IMG/VR virus record: IMGVR_UViG_3300014656_000030
Coordinates: 1-59,773 of that record
From: a virus
Taxonomy: Duplodnaviria > Caudoviricetes
DNA: 59,773 nucleotides
Strand: one strand, 5' to 3'
The position numbers and the translations under genes were made by a program. This document shows, one piece after another, positions 47,654 to 57,668 of this stretch. Under the pieces are notes generated by a model. The model did not search any database. It was not told the origin of the DNA and saw nothing but the letters and a program-made list of their open reading frames with translations. Numbering within the stretch: position 1 is the stretch's first letter; the number at the start of each line of letters is the position of its first letter.

Positions 47654-49130
47654 CCACCGGAGACGTAGGAAGTTTAGCCTGGCGTCCTATCTTCCGAAGC
47701 TCCTCTTCTATCATCGCCATCTCAGTATCTTCCTCTTCGGCGCGCTCCTCCATCATCCCGACTATGAGTTCAATCTGCTCCTGGTCGAGTCCCATAAAGA
47801 ACTCGAAGAATGCCGCCGGAGTAACGATATCCCTCGCGTTTATCGCGTTCGCATAGTAAGACAGTGCCCGCGCTCTGATTTCGCCAATCTTAGCCTTATC
47901 TTCCTCACTTGGGGCGAACGGGTCTTCCCAAGCAGGACTGTAATCCTCCTGCTGTGGCGCAGGAAGTATCTCGAACTCCACCATACGCTCTACGAACGGC
48001 TTGACAATCTTCGGCCAGGCAAAGATATTCCTCCGCGCCTTTATCGATTCAAGCCAGGCGCTCCTATCCTCCACGCTGGCAAGCTCTCCTCGTTCAGAAC
48101 CAGTTAGTATCCTCTTAGGTATCCCCGTAATAGCGCTTATAGCCTGTATCTGAATGTCCACATGACTAGAAGGGTCGGCAACTTGCATTGACAGCGGAGT
48201 GAGCTTCATTGCGGTGAGCGTAATAAAACGCCTGAGCTGATGCTCATATTCATCAAGCTGCTCTTCCAACTCTTCCATATCATCATCATTAAACTGGGCG
48301 TCACCATCGGCCACGGCCGCGTATCCCGGACGGGCACCACGCCAGAACATCTCCGCACTGCCGCCCATAATCTTCTCAAGGTCCATCAGGCGATTCCATA
48401 CAGCCACTAGCCTCGGAGTTCCATATATCTCACTTTCATCAAGGTCATCGGCAACGTGAATCACCCTTGTAAAATGGGCCGACATATGTCGCTCCACTTT
48501 AGTGGCGTTTTCCGTTACCGTAACCTTATACATGTTAGGCAGACCGTATCGAGCATTGCCTGGGTTAGTTTCCCACGCCTCTATCGACGCGCTTGACTGA
48601 CACAGCGGTTTAACATATAACAATTCGCGCTTTCCTGGTGCCACAGGTCTTTTCAGCCCATCTGCATCCATAACGTCGTCAAAACCGAGCAGAAGAACCC
48701 CATATGAACCGAGGCCGGTGAGCTTATCAAGCCTAAGAAACTTCTCTGGAAGCAATAAGTCTCGTGATAGCCTATCCCACGCCTTCTCGAACTCTGTATC
48801 CTCGATATCGTTCGACTCCATAAGCGAGATTCCACCCGACCACGTCGCTCGCACCGGCCTGTCTATAATGGCCTTCGCTATATCCTGGCGCGAATACCGA
48901 GCCAGACACTGTTCAAGCGATATCGAGGTGGTGACTGGGTATCCAAGAGCGCGGTAGAGGTCGCGGTCGGTGCCGTACTGGAAACCGAGCCTTGCGTTGA
49001 GTTCGGCCCTTGTGGAGAGCGAACCCTCTATCGACGTAACCTGCGCCATAAGTCCTGTCAGTCGGTTCTTTCGCACTAACAGTTCTTTACGCTTATCGGT
49101 ACTGCCAGAATTAGCCCTTACCCTTTTCAC
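47634..49130 (-). CDS. Portal protein (DUF1073-like)
   Basis: R..IA..IID.P, YGLP..Y, H.TRVIH, TGIPKRIL.G; follows TerL. Confidence 0.88.
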   Translation of the reverse strand: MKRVRANSGSTDKRKELLVRKNRLTGLMAQVTSIEGSLSTRAELNARLGFQYGTDRDLYRALGYPVTTSISLEQCLARYSRQDIAKAIIDRPVRATWSGGISLMESNDIEDTEFEKAWDRLSRDLLLPEKFLRLDKLTGLGSYGVLLLGFDDVMDADGLKRPVAPGKRELLYVKPLCQSSASIEAWETNPGNARYGLPNMYKVTVTENATKVERHMSAHFTRVIHVADDLDESEIYGTPRLVAVWNRLMDLEKIMGGSAEMFWRGARPGYAAVADGDAQFNDDDMEELEEQLDEYEHQLRRFITLTAMKLTPLSMQVADPSSHVDIQIQAISAITGIPKRILTGSERGELASVEDRSAWLESIKARRNIFAWPKIVKPFVERMVEFEILPAPQQEDYSPAWEDPFAPSEEDKAKIGEIRARALSYYANAINARDIVTPAAFFEFFMGLDQEQIELIVGMMEERAEEEDTEMAMIEEELRKIGRQAKLPTSPVDGTKEE

Positions 49131-49136
49131 GATAGC

Positions 49137-50732
49137 TTATCTCCTCCGTTTCCTCTTAAGGAGAACCCCAGCTTTCTTTTTTCCGGTAATTTGAATAAAC
49201 GCTGCGCATGTCGCATCAACTTGGTCCTTAAACTTTCCAAAAGGGAACCACCTAAACTCGTCCAGAAACGCCTTATTCCATTCGCCACTAAGCAAATCAA
49301 CATTACCATTATTCACCTGTACGCTGAACGGGTCTGCTCGGACCACCTTGTCTCCAGTAGGACGGTCGGCACGGACGGAAAATCCTGCCAGGTTACGTAT
49401 GGACGCCTCCGCAGACTCTTTTCCAGAACCGGCAGGTTCCTGTTCCACATATATATAGACATTCTTACCATCCTGTTCGGCGGTCGCTCGCATCACCTGT
49501 TCACGCTTCAACGAGTCCCACTGGCCTCTGACTATGTCGCAAACTACGAATCGACCCGTCTTCAGCTTGGCTAGCTTCGCTCCAACGGTGTATGCCCCGG
49601 CATCCGCCGTAGCGGCCTTATCCCAGTATCGCACCATCCTTACGACGTTGGCCAGAGACGGGAGTTCTTCTATTATACCGAAATTCCCTACCTGAAACAT
49701 CCCTCCGCCCGGAGGAACGGGATTTTGCCCTATCTGGGCGGCGTACCCGTACTGGCCGAGGTCCACCTTCAGCTCGTCGAGTACGTCCCAGCTCATACGA
49801 ACCGGGTCCATCAGGTCATCAACGTAATTCTCCGCCAGTTCAGGAGGGCTTAGATACGCTCCGAAGTTCCTTATCTCCCCTGGCATACAGATAAGTTTCA
49901 CGTTCTCCTTCTTGTTCATTATGAATCCGGTCGGGTCATTCTGATGCAACCTCTGCTGAATAAGTATGGTGGGAGTAACGGACTTCTGTATCCTTCTTGA
50001 AGGAAGAGTGTGCTCGAACCACGCGTTGGTGCTATCCAGTTCGATATCAGATGCGGCCTGATGAGGGTTGAGCGGGTCGTCGGTGATGATAATATGCGCG
50101 TGGAATCCGGTCACCGTGCCTCCGACCGACGTACTGTACCTGTTCCCTCCAGGAGTCTCATTCCCTTTGGCGTCGCGCGTCACTATCCTGTAGTTGCTCT
50201 TCGTATCCTTATCCTCTTTTATGCCTATATGCGGGAAAAGCTCTCCAAAAAGGTCGGAACGTACCAGGTCGCGCGATATCTCCGCATGCTCCAGCGATAG
50301 TATTCCTGAGTACGAAGCCACTATGAAGCGCATCCATGGCCACTTCAGCCAGCACCAGACTGGAAATGCCACCGAGACCGTCGTGCTCTTAGTGGTACCG
50401 GGAGGTATGTTTATAATAAGGTCGTATTCCTTAGTCTTCCCCTCGGCCACCCGCTCGGCCACCCGCTCCAGCTCCTTGCACAGGTACGGTATATGCCAGT
50501 TCCAATGAGGCTTATCACCGGACATACAGAGCCAGAACGTCCGCAGAAAGAAGAAAAGCCTCCTCTTACATAGCTCCGCTACCACGCCGGGAGGGTTGCC
50601 GACCGCATCCATAAACTGCCCGCGCCTCTCACCGCTTAAAGGAGCCACATCCAGCACTTCTCCACCGGTGAGCTTCATAGCTTCGCCCTCCTGGCGCATC
50701 ACGCGAACTCTAGCGACCGTTACCACCTCCAT
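49137..50732 (-). CDS. terL: Terminase large subunit
   Basis: NIPPGTTKS, IITDDP, QRLH..D, YWDKA, DQVDA. Confidence 0.95.
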   Translation of the reverse strand: MEVVTVARVRVMRQEGEAMKLTGGEVLDVAPLSGERRGQFMDAVGNPPGVVAELCKRRLFFFLRTFWLCMSGDKPHWNWHIPYLCKELERVAERVAEGKTKEYDLIINIPPGTTKSTTVSVAFPVWCWLKWPWMRFIVASYSGILSLEHAEISRDLVRSDLFGELFPHIGIKEDKDTKSNYRIVTRDAKGNETPGGNRYSTSVGGTVTGFHAHIIITDDPLNPHQAASDIELDSTNAWFEHTLPSRRIQKSVTPTILIQQRLHQNDPTGFIMNKKENVKLICMPGEIRNFGAYLSPPELAENYVDDLMDPVRMSWDVLDELKVDLGQYGYAAQIGQNPVPPGGGMFQVGNFGIIEELPSLANVVRMVRYWDKAATADAGAYTVGAKLAKLKTGRFVVCDIVRGQWDSLKREQVMRATAEQDGKNVYIYVEQEPAGSGKESAEASIRNLAGFSVRADRPTGDKVVRADPFSVQVNNGNVDLLSGEWNKAFLDEFRWFPFGKFKDQVDATCAAFIQITGKKKAGVLLKRKRRR

Positions 50733-51216
50733 CCCCGTTGCTAGGAGGATTTTCAGCCTCCAGCACCCCTATCTTCATAGCCAGCTGAAGCTCCTCGTCC
50801 GTCAGCCCCTCGAAATCCCTGGTAACGAGAGGCCTGCCGCCAGGCCCGGTTATTTCTTTCCTATACACATCTCTCCAAATCCCCCGCTGCCTGTTCTTCA
50901 GCCAGAATATGGCCGCCGTAGTATCAGGAGGATAACGCTTAACAATCTCCGTTTCCACAATCTGCCCATTAACCACCTTTATATCCACAGCCTTATGCGA
51001 ATAACCCCTGGCCCTCCTGTAAAGAGACTGCGCTACGTATCCGTCCGCCATCGCCTTCCCTGCATCCAGAGCCTGACGGAACTTCTCATGCTCCCTCTTC
51101 CACCTCTTTATCGTCGATTCGCTGAACCCCATCGCATCCGCTATCTGTGCATCCGTCAGCCCAAGAAGAGCTAACCTGTGCGCCCTGCCAGGTATCGTCT
51201 TATTATAATCCGTCAT
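50710..51216 (-). CDS. terS: Terminase small subunit
   Basis: HTH, SLYRRA.GY, PPDTTAAIFWLKNR. Confidence 0.9.
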   Translation of the reverse strand: MTDYNKTIPGRAHRLALLGLTDAQIADAMGFSESTIKRWKREHEKFRQALDAGKAMADGYVAQSLYRRARGYSHKAVDIKVVNGQIVETEIVKRYPPDTTAAIFWLKNRQRGIWRDVYRKEITGPGGRPLVTRDFEGLTDEELQLAMKIGVLEAENPPSNGDGGGNGR

Positions 51217-51856
51217 AACTAGTCTCCGTTTCATAAAAAGAATCAACCCAAGGGGTGCCAATAATAACTATGGGTATATCGTATTCCCTAATAATAGTAG
51301 TAGGAGGAGTTATAGGGATAATAGATGCTATACCGTATAAGGGCTCGGTAGGAATTCCCGAAATTTTTTGCGAAGGCATTAAAAGTTCCGAAAAAATTCT
51401 AGAAAAATTTTTCTGGGGTATAGGGGCTGATACCCCGCCCGGTCGCCGTCCGGAAGGGCGGAAGGGTAGGGGACCACTAAGGTCTAGTTGGTCCACTTCA
51501 AACTCTATCCGGCTAGGACTGGCTTCAGTACTAGGTTCTAGGCGGGCGGCAGGCTCTATCTCTTTATAGGTAAGGGTTATGGCCGGTTCGATAAAGGAGG
51601 GTTCGGGTTCGGGATATTTTCGGCCGGGGTTGGCTAGGAAGGGGAGGGCCTTATTCGGGGCTTTATCCCCTTCCTTTTCCTTATCCCTATCTATTCCCTT
51701 ATCCTTCCTTCCCTTATCTAGTCTATAGACTTTCAATTCCCTTATCCTTCCCTTATCTATTCCCTTCCCTTATTTATTCTACCCTTTTCCCTATCCCTTT
51801 TCTTCTGGGGTGATTTTAGGAAGGATTTTTCTTTTCCTATATTTTATGGCCGATTA

Positions 51857-51951
51857 GCCTCTATCCCTTTATAGATAAGGATTAGAGGTCGGGCGAACTA
51901 TTTTTATTTTTCTATAGGGCCTCTAATCCTTATTTTATAGGGTATAGAGGC
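51857..51951. repeat. 32-bp imperfect inverted repeat
   Basis: 51857-51888 vs reverse complement of 51920-51951: 26/32 identical, 14-bp perfect core ATAAGGATTAGAGG. Confidence 0.85.
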
Positions 51952-52015
51952 CGGTCCTTACTAAGAACCTTATTCTATAAGGGTTAGAAGAGGGGTATTA
52001 AACTAATAAAAGTAC

Positions 52016-52044
52016 TGGACTTTATTAGGAAAGTATGATATACT
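52016..52044 (+). promoter_or_regulatory. Sigma70-type early promoter
   Basis: TGGACT-17 bp-TATACT with extended TG and AT-rich upstream region. Confidence 0.7.
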
Positions 52045-52196
52045 TATAGACAGAAGAAGTAAGGGAAGTTCTAAATAAAGGGAGACTGGTAGTTTAGCGG
52101 ATACGATACCGAATGAAGGAAAACCCGGATTCGTGTTTAGGTCTGACGTGATAGGTATAAATCCTAATACCTATAAGTCCGCTAAGGTTTCCTAAG

Positions 52197-52208
52197 GTTC
52201 TTTGAAAA
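52197..52208 (+). promoter_or_regulatory. boxA-like antitermination element
   Basis: GTTCTTTGAAAA just downstream of a structured leader. Confidence 0.6.
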
Positions 52209-52303
52209 TTGACCGGCGTATCGAAGTATCTGGTAGGCTCCGCGGGATAGATAAAAACCCGGCCTAAAAATCGGACTTCGAGTAAATTCGGTTCTGATCG
52301 ACC

Positions 52304-52740
52304 GACCTTATATTCCTAAAATCTTCTATCTAGGAAAATAGGGCGCCACGGCCCTCCGCGGAAACGGCGGCGATGCTGACTGTCACGGAAGGGCAAGAAG
52401 GTAAAAGAAATCAATCCTATCGCGTCGAAGGCGCAGGGAATCGGCCCGTTCGGAAGGAAAATCCGCCCGCGGGTTCAACCAGTAATAATCCTCCAAACCC
52501 GGCCATGGACGGCCAAGTATTTCCGAGTATAATCCGATTCCGAAGCAGCGAAATCCTAGTAAAAGCCTTGAACCGATTAACTTCGTCTAATAGATTAAGT
52601 CGGCGGGAAGAAAAAACTTTTTCCGCCAGCTATAATCCGAATAACAGGGGCTTAAGCGAACGACGAATCGGGGGTTAATGGAACGGATAGTAGCGTAGGA
52701 CGGGCGCAGACAGTCACGACGACGGATTGAAAATAAGGTC
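52304..52740 (+). ncRNA. Candidate large structured non-coding RNA
   Basis: Six mutually compatible long-range helices plus local hairpins, downstream of promoter; no RBS-supported ORF. Confidence 0.6.
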
Positions 52741-52910
52741 TTCTAGAAACGAACGTGACAGGTTCGTTTAGATAAGGTTAGGGGAAGGAAGAAAATTCGG
52801 ACGATTTAGATTAGAGGCCGGGAAGGAAATTTTATTCTCGGCCTCTTCCCTAAGTCGCCCGGCGTTCGGGCGGGTAGTAAGGGAAGGATAAACTATTGGA
52901 GGACGGAAAG

Positions 52911-53177
52911 ATGAAAAACGGCATAATGTTCAAAGAATGTCCAATTTGCGGTGGCATAGTAACAGGCGTTGACAAGATTTGCTACGACTGCAAAGAGGTG
53001 GACGAGTGGGTTGTTATGATTGACGTTATTAACGGAAAATTACCGTGCGTAAATGCGCTTGGCGAAGTATTCACAGACGCTAAGGAGGCATTGGAGGCGG
53101 CGGTAGCAGTCGAAAAATTCTTAGATGAGAAATTCCCAGGGAAATACGGCCAGACATACGTGGTCCCGCATGAATAA
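52911..53177 (+). CDS. Early small zinc-ribbon protein
   Basis: GGAGG leader; CPIC..CYDC. Confidence 0.65.
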   Translation: MKNGIMFKECPICGGIVTGVDKICYDCKEVDEWVVMIDVINGKLPCVNALGEVFTDAKEALEAAVAVEKFLDEKFPGKYGQTYVVPHE

Positions 53178-53288
53178 AATAGGCTAATTGAAATAGTCAA
53201 GACAAGCTAGAATATCGACGCGAAGGCCCTCGGGCCTTTGCGTGGGTAGTTTAGTTAACTAGGAAAAGAAAAACTATTGGAGGACAAA

Positions 53289-53621
53289 ATGAACGGAGTA
53301 CACGTAGGCGGGAGCGCCGCAGGGCAATCCAAAAGTAAGGCCGCAGGCATTATTGACTTGGCCTTTCGGAGCGCCTTTCGGAGCGAGCTTGCACACGAAA
53401 TAATCTGTAGTATAGCCGAAGGAAAAATGCCCGAAGGCAGTAAAATCGCTGTGCACGCATGGCCGAAGGAGGAGGGACATAATCGCTACGGTATCGGCCC
53501 TGTTGTTTGGGGCGACAGCGCAGAAAGTTGGTTTGATGTGGTCGGCGATTACGACCACTTCAACGACCAGACTAAAATCGTTTGCCAGCTGAACGGTTGG
53601 CCGTACATAAGCATGAGATAG
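53289..53621 (+). CDS. Early hypothetical protein
   Basis: Repeated leader before ATG 53289. Confidence 0.6.
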   Translation: MNGVHVGGSAAGQSKSKAAGIIDLAFRSAFRSELAHEIICSIAEGKMPEGSKIAVHAWPKEEGHNRYGIGPVVWGDSAESWFDVVGDYDHFNDQTKIVCQLNGWPYISMR

Positions 53622-53640
53622 GAAAATAGGAGGACAAAAA

Positions 53641-53859
53641 ATGCCAAAGAAAAGCAAACATATCACGACAATACCCAGAACTCACCCACGCCAGCTCAGC
53701 ATCCTAACGGAGATACGGATGAACTATATCGACCGTCTGGAACTGATATGGGTTGGGAATAGTGAACGCGACGTGGCGGTGTATGCAAGGCATGCCAAAG
53801 ACGTGAAGGAAATACAAACGTATGTGGCTGGGATATTCGCCGGGTTGAAAATGGCGTAG
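53641..53859 (+). CDS. Early hypothetical protein
   Basis: AGGAGG RBS. Confidence 0.6.
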   Translation: MPKKSKHITTIPRTHPRQLSILTEIRMNYIDRLELIWVGNSERDVAVYARHAKDVKEIQTYVAGIFAGLKMA

Positions 53860-53887
53860 GAAGGAAAAACTACAGGAGGACAGGAAA

Positions 53888-53989
53888 ATGCTTATACGAA
53901 TTGAAATAAGACTGTCGCGCGACGGGGTGACGACATTTTGGCATAAGGCATTCCGGTTCGGTCGGGCGATACGGGCGTACAGAAAATAA
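53888..53989 (+). CDS. 33-aa basic peptide
   Basis: Preceded by a full copy of the repeated leader. Confidence 0.5.
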   Translation: MLIRIEIRLSRDGVTTFWHKAFRFGRAIRAYRK

Positions 53990-54077
53990 GACGGTTCCTA
54001 CGACGCGGAGGCCAAACGACCTCTGCGTGGTCGGAATGGTTCCGACAGGGAAGGAAAAACTATTGGAGGACAGGAAA

Positions 54078-54947
54078 ATGAAACAGGAAACAATGGACGC
54101 GCTCTGGAACCAGATTCGTAGTATGCATTCCGCGACGCGGGTAGTTCGGAAGGACCTCGCGAAAAAGGCGAAGGAAATTGCCGAAGGCATGGACAGCCTA
54201 TGCAACAGGTTGAATGCTAACGAAAACTACCAGCCGGACGCCTGGGGCGAACTCAGAGGCCACGGCACCACACTCGACCGCCACTGCGGAGAATACTACA
54301 ATATGAACAGGATGGTATCCGACGCCATGTCCTACACGGTGAATATAATAGTGGACGAATGGCCGGCACCGGAAATGTTCAGGGCGTGGGCGGATGAGAA
54401 AATGGAACAGCTCAAAAAGCGTTCAGAATGGGCGGATGTCAAAGGCGACATCTGGCTGCTCGACGTGCTCCGGACATGCGTAGAGCGCGACTATAAAGAC
54501 CGCGATAAACGGTTTGAGGAGGAGAGGGCGAAGGAAGAAGCCGAACGTATCGCTAATAAGAAGGCATCGGAAGCGGGACTGAGAAAAAAGGAGGCGCTAA
54601 AGGAGGACGCAGATGGACGATATACTATCCCGCTGATATACTACCGCGAAGATGGGACGACCACATCATTCGACGTCAGCGTCGGCGTCAGGGAAACGGA
54701 AAAGACGTATAAAGGGAAACCAAATTCGTGCATGCGCGGATGCTCTGGTACGTACTATGAGGATAATAAAGGGAGACGGCGTATCATCAGGATGATAGTT
54801 CGTGACTGTGCCGAGGCGGACGAACCTACACGCGTATACATATTCAAGAAAGACGAATCGTATGAGCTTTGTATCGAACGCGTTGTAGGCAAGACGCAGT
54901 ACAACATCTATACGAAACCGGGCCTTGTGGCGCTCCGCAAACAGTGA
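54078..54947 (+). CDS. Early hypothetical protein
   Basis: Repeated leader before ATG 54078. Confidence 0.7.
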   Translation: MKQETMDALWNQIRSMHSATRVVRKDLAKKAKEIAEGMDSLCNRLNANENYQPDAWGELRGHGTTLDRHCGEYYNMNRMVSDAMSYTVNIIVDEWPAPEMFRAWADEKMEQLKKRSEWADVKGDIWLLDVLRTCVERDYKDRDKRFEEERAKEEAERIANKKASEAGLRKKEALKEDADGRYTIPLIYYREDGTTTSFDVSVGVRETEKTYKGKPNSCMRGCSGTYYEDNKGRRRIIRMIVRDCAEADEPTRVYIFKKDESYELCIERVVGKTQYNIYTKPGLVALRKQ

Positions 54948-55175
54948 TAGAGCACTATCAGGATGACGAACGGATACGCAAGGAACGGGCAAAGAAGAAC
55001 ACTCTGGCATAGCCTGAACAATATGTGTAGCACACCCCAAACACATTTCTAAAGTTAGACGGAAGGAGGGCAGTAGATATGCGCCTCGGCCCAAACGAAA
55101 CTGGTGTCGCAATAAACGACGGACTTTGGCCTGTATTGAGGCGATAACGATTATGGCTATAAGGTCCCGGAAAAG

Positions 55176-55418
55176 GTGATACAGGAGGACTTCGATTGGC
55201 TGTGCGAAGAGGAAACGTCGTACGGATTCTTCAAATACCACGGACACTGGTATCACATTGCAGAATTCGTAAGACTTCCAGAAAATCACCCCTTACGTAA
55301 GGAAGGATGGGAGGCATTCAGCGCGGATTCGTTCTTCTCCGGCGTGGCTATAAGAGTATCAGGTGACGCCGATGGCGGATACGGAGAGACACTTCAGGTG
55401 GCGCTGATACTATCCTGA
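55176..55418 (+). CDS. Hypothetical protein
   Basis: FFKY.G.WY..EF..GW...DSFFSG. Confidence 0.55.
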   Translation: MIQEDFDWLCEEETSYGFFKYHGHWYHIAEFVRLPENHPLRKEGWEAFSADSFFSGVAIRVSGDADGGYGETLQVALILS

Positions 55419-55457
55419 AATAATATGGGTTCGGCAAAATATGGAGGACAGAAAATT

Positions 55458-55703
55458 ATGGCAATAGGGTTGGCATTCAAACAGACCGGAAGTCCGAAGG
55501 ACGACCTTGCCTCACTGATTCGACAGCGTATGAGAGCGCGGAGGATACGCGCCACGTGCGATACGTGCGGGGAGATTATATTCACTATCCCGGTCACGAC
55601 GTTTCCGGCTCTCGATGCGTTGGAGGCGGTGGAACAATACGGCGCTCGGTGTGAGCGCGGTAAGGTAATATGTGCGAAATGTATAAGGAGGATGGAAGGA
55701 TGA
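55458..55703 (+). CDS. Small zinc-finger protein
   Basis: CDTC..CAKC; GGAGG RBS. Confidence 0.6.
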   Translation: MAIGLAFKQTGSPKDDLASLIRQRMRARRIRATCDTCGEIIFTIPVTTFPALDALEAVEQYGARCERGKVICAKCIRRMEG

Positions 55704-55944
55704 AAGATATATCAACGCAAAGAAAAATCGATGAAAAGACTGCTGACCTTATCGTGCAACTCGGTCGGGCGGAACAGATTGCATTTGAACTCAACAGAAT
55801 CGCCACGACGATGCCGTCAGATTTGGCATATGTGCGCAGTTGTACGATTCATGAAGCCATTCAAAAGATTCAGGAAAAGACGGCAGAGTTCAAACGAAAC
55901 CATACCAGAACAATATAAAGGAAAATAAAACAGGAGGAAAGACG

Positions 55945-56139
55945 ATGGACATGCGAAAAAGGATGGCGCTTAGACGGCTCCAAGATAAGGTTGTAGTACG
56001 GCTTGAGCGCCTCGGCTATACCGACAACGACAAGCTGAGTATTAGAAACCATGATGGATATCATATATGTCTACTTGACCTTAAACAGTATTTATATTTT
56101 GGGATGGAGTACGAATTCACCGAGTTTCTAAACAGTTAA
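55945..56139 (+). CDS. Hypothetical protein
   Basis: AGGAGG leader. Confidence 0.55.
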   Translation: MDMRKRMALRRLQDKVVVRLERLGYTDNDKLSIRNHDGYHICLLDLKQYLYFGMEYEFTEFLNS

Positions 56140-56329
56140 CCAGGGCAAACAGGAGGAAAGACGATGGATGCACCGAGACACATGCCAAGGCGATGTGCCA
56201 ACTGTTTACACCTTGCAACATGCAATCCCTCAATAGACATGGAAATTCAATGGTGTGAGCGGTGGGAATATTATTTAAGAGATGTTTAACCACCCAGGGC
56301 TAGCCCCTGGCAACCACGGAGGTTTGACG

Positions 56330-56575
56330 ATGAAATACCGACCAGTATCAATTCAAGAGCTTGGCATAACAGGCAATGAGTCCGACTGGAATCACGCCGT
56401 TATTGTTGCGTTCAAGCGGAAGCATCCAGAGCACAAGGACAAGCGGATCGGCGTGACCAAGCGGAACGGCAAGATTAACATTTTTGTAATCGGCCAATCG
56501 TTTCAAGACGATGTGGGCGACATTCAAAAGGGGCGGTTTCTCGTCGCTCAATACGAGATAGCCAAGGGCGTCTAG
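56330..56575 (+). CDS. Hypothetical protein
   Basis: GGAGG RBS before ATG 56330. Confidence 0.55.
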   Translation: MKYRPVSIQELGITGNESDWNHAVIVAFKRKHPEHKDKRIGVTKRNGKINIFVIGQSFQDDVGDIQKGRFLVAQYEIAKGV

Positions 56576-56636
56576 CCCCTGGCAGAGCTTCGGAGCGTCC
56601 GGGGCTGTGTGAAGGGCTGGAACGGAGGATGAGACA

Positions 56637-56972
56637 ATGAAAGCGACACAAAAAGAAGCCATTGAAACTTTGCGCGAAATCTTAAAGCCCGGCGACAGAG
56701 TATATACAATTCTACGGCACGTTTCAAGGTCGGGCATGATGCGTCATATATCATTAGTCATTAAGTCTGACGCTAATGGTATCCGCGACATTTCACACCT
56801 TGCGGCGAAGGCGCTTGACTACAAACGCGCCGACAATGGCGGGATCAAAACTTCAGGGTGCGGTATGGACATGGGGTTTGATTTGGTGTATAACCTCTCA
56901 ATGGTTTTGTTCTGCCCAGAGGGAAAATATACCCACGAAGGCGCATATGCGCTGAAACACGAATGGCTTTAA
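56637..56972 (+). CDS. Conserved phage hypothetical protein
   Basis: VYT.LRHVSRSGM.R.I, GCGMDMGF. Confidence 0.7.
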   Translation: MKATQKEAIETLREILKPGDRVYTILRHVSRSGMMRHISLVIKSDANGIRDISHLAAKALDYKRADNGGIKTSGCGMDMGFDLVYNLSMVLFCPEGKYTHEGAYALKHEWL

Positions 56973-57668
56973 CATCCTAACGGAAGGAGCGGAAGAATGA
57001 GCAAGCTTATATTGGCCTATCATGTGAGTTATCGCAATCAGGGCTATTTGGAGCACACAGCCCCAATGTCACATGAAGAAGCAGAGAAAAGCAAGGAGTT
57101 TTTGAAGTTTCAGGGAGCAAAAAATACGCGCATTATAAAAACTAAGTACCCGTGGGCAATACCAGAAAGACAGGTGAGCACATGAAAACGCGATTTTGCC
57201 CGTTATGCAAGACCGAGACAGCGTTTTACATCGGCGTGAAATACGGCCAGCCGACATATGAGTGTATCAACCGCGGCAAGCTGTTTGTTCGGCGCAAGCG
57301 AGAGCGCAAAGAAAAGGAGGTAGCGGCGTGTGGGTAATTAAGAATGACAAGGGACAAGAGATTGCGTCGTTTGGGTCGTGCATGAAAGACTTTGGGCCCT
57401 GCGGATATTGCGGGGACAAAACGGCAATGATGTATGCGTTCTTCTGGAGAAATGGTTTCGGAGATGGCGAGACTCTTTTCAGCAAGCCAATGTGTCAAGC
57501 ATGTTTCAATGCGTGGATGCGTGGAAAGCCATTACCAAAGAAAAAACGCACAACAAAGCAAGAGCGGCAGCCCCGCGAACTCTGCACCAAATAGGAGGGA
57601 TTCCGCAATGGTGGGAGCGTTGGAGCTACCGCAAGGGGAATATAACAAACATGAAAGGAAGTGTCAAG

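Noticed and set aside
47634-49130. Anti-CBASS label sometimes attached to DUF1073-like proteins
   Set aside because: Size, motifs and position after TerL indicate a portal protein
51203-51736. 177-aa minus-strand ORF and overlapping 104-aa plus-strand ORF
   Set aside because: They arise from low-complexity, dinucleotide-skewed sequence; no recognisable RBS or domain
52450-52660. Resemblance to RNase P (GAAGGAAAATCC...ACAGGGGCTTA) or group I intron cores
   Set aside because: The P4 strands are not complementary as required, and no convincing P/Q/R/S elements were found
52373-52678. 101-aa ORF inside the intergenic region
   Set aside because: Lacks the GGAGG leader used by neighbouring genes; better explained by RNA structure, though not formally excluded
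57378-57668. N-terminal 97 aa of the 280-aa ORF
   Set aside because: Overlaps another gene; the family motif and RBS place the start at 57669
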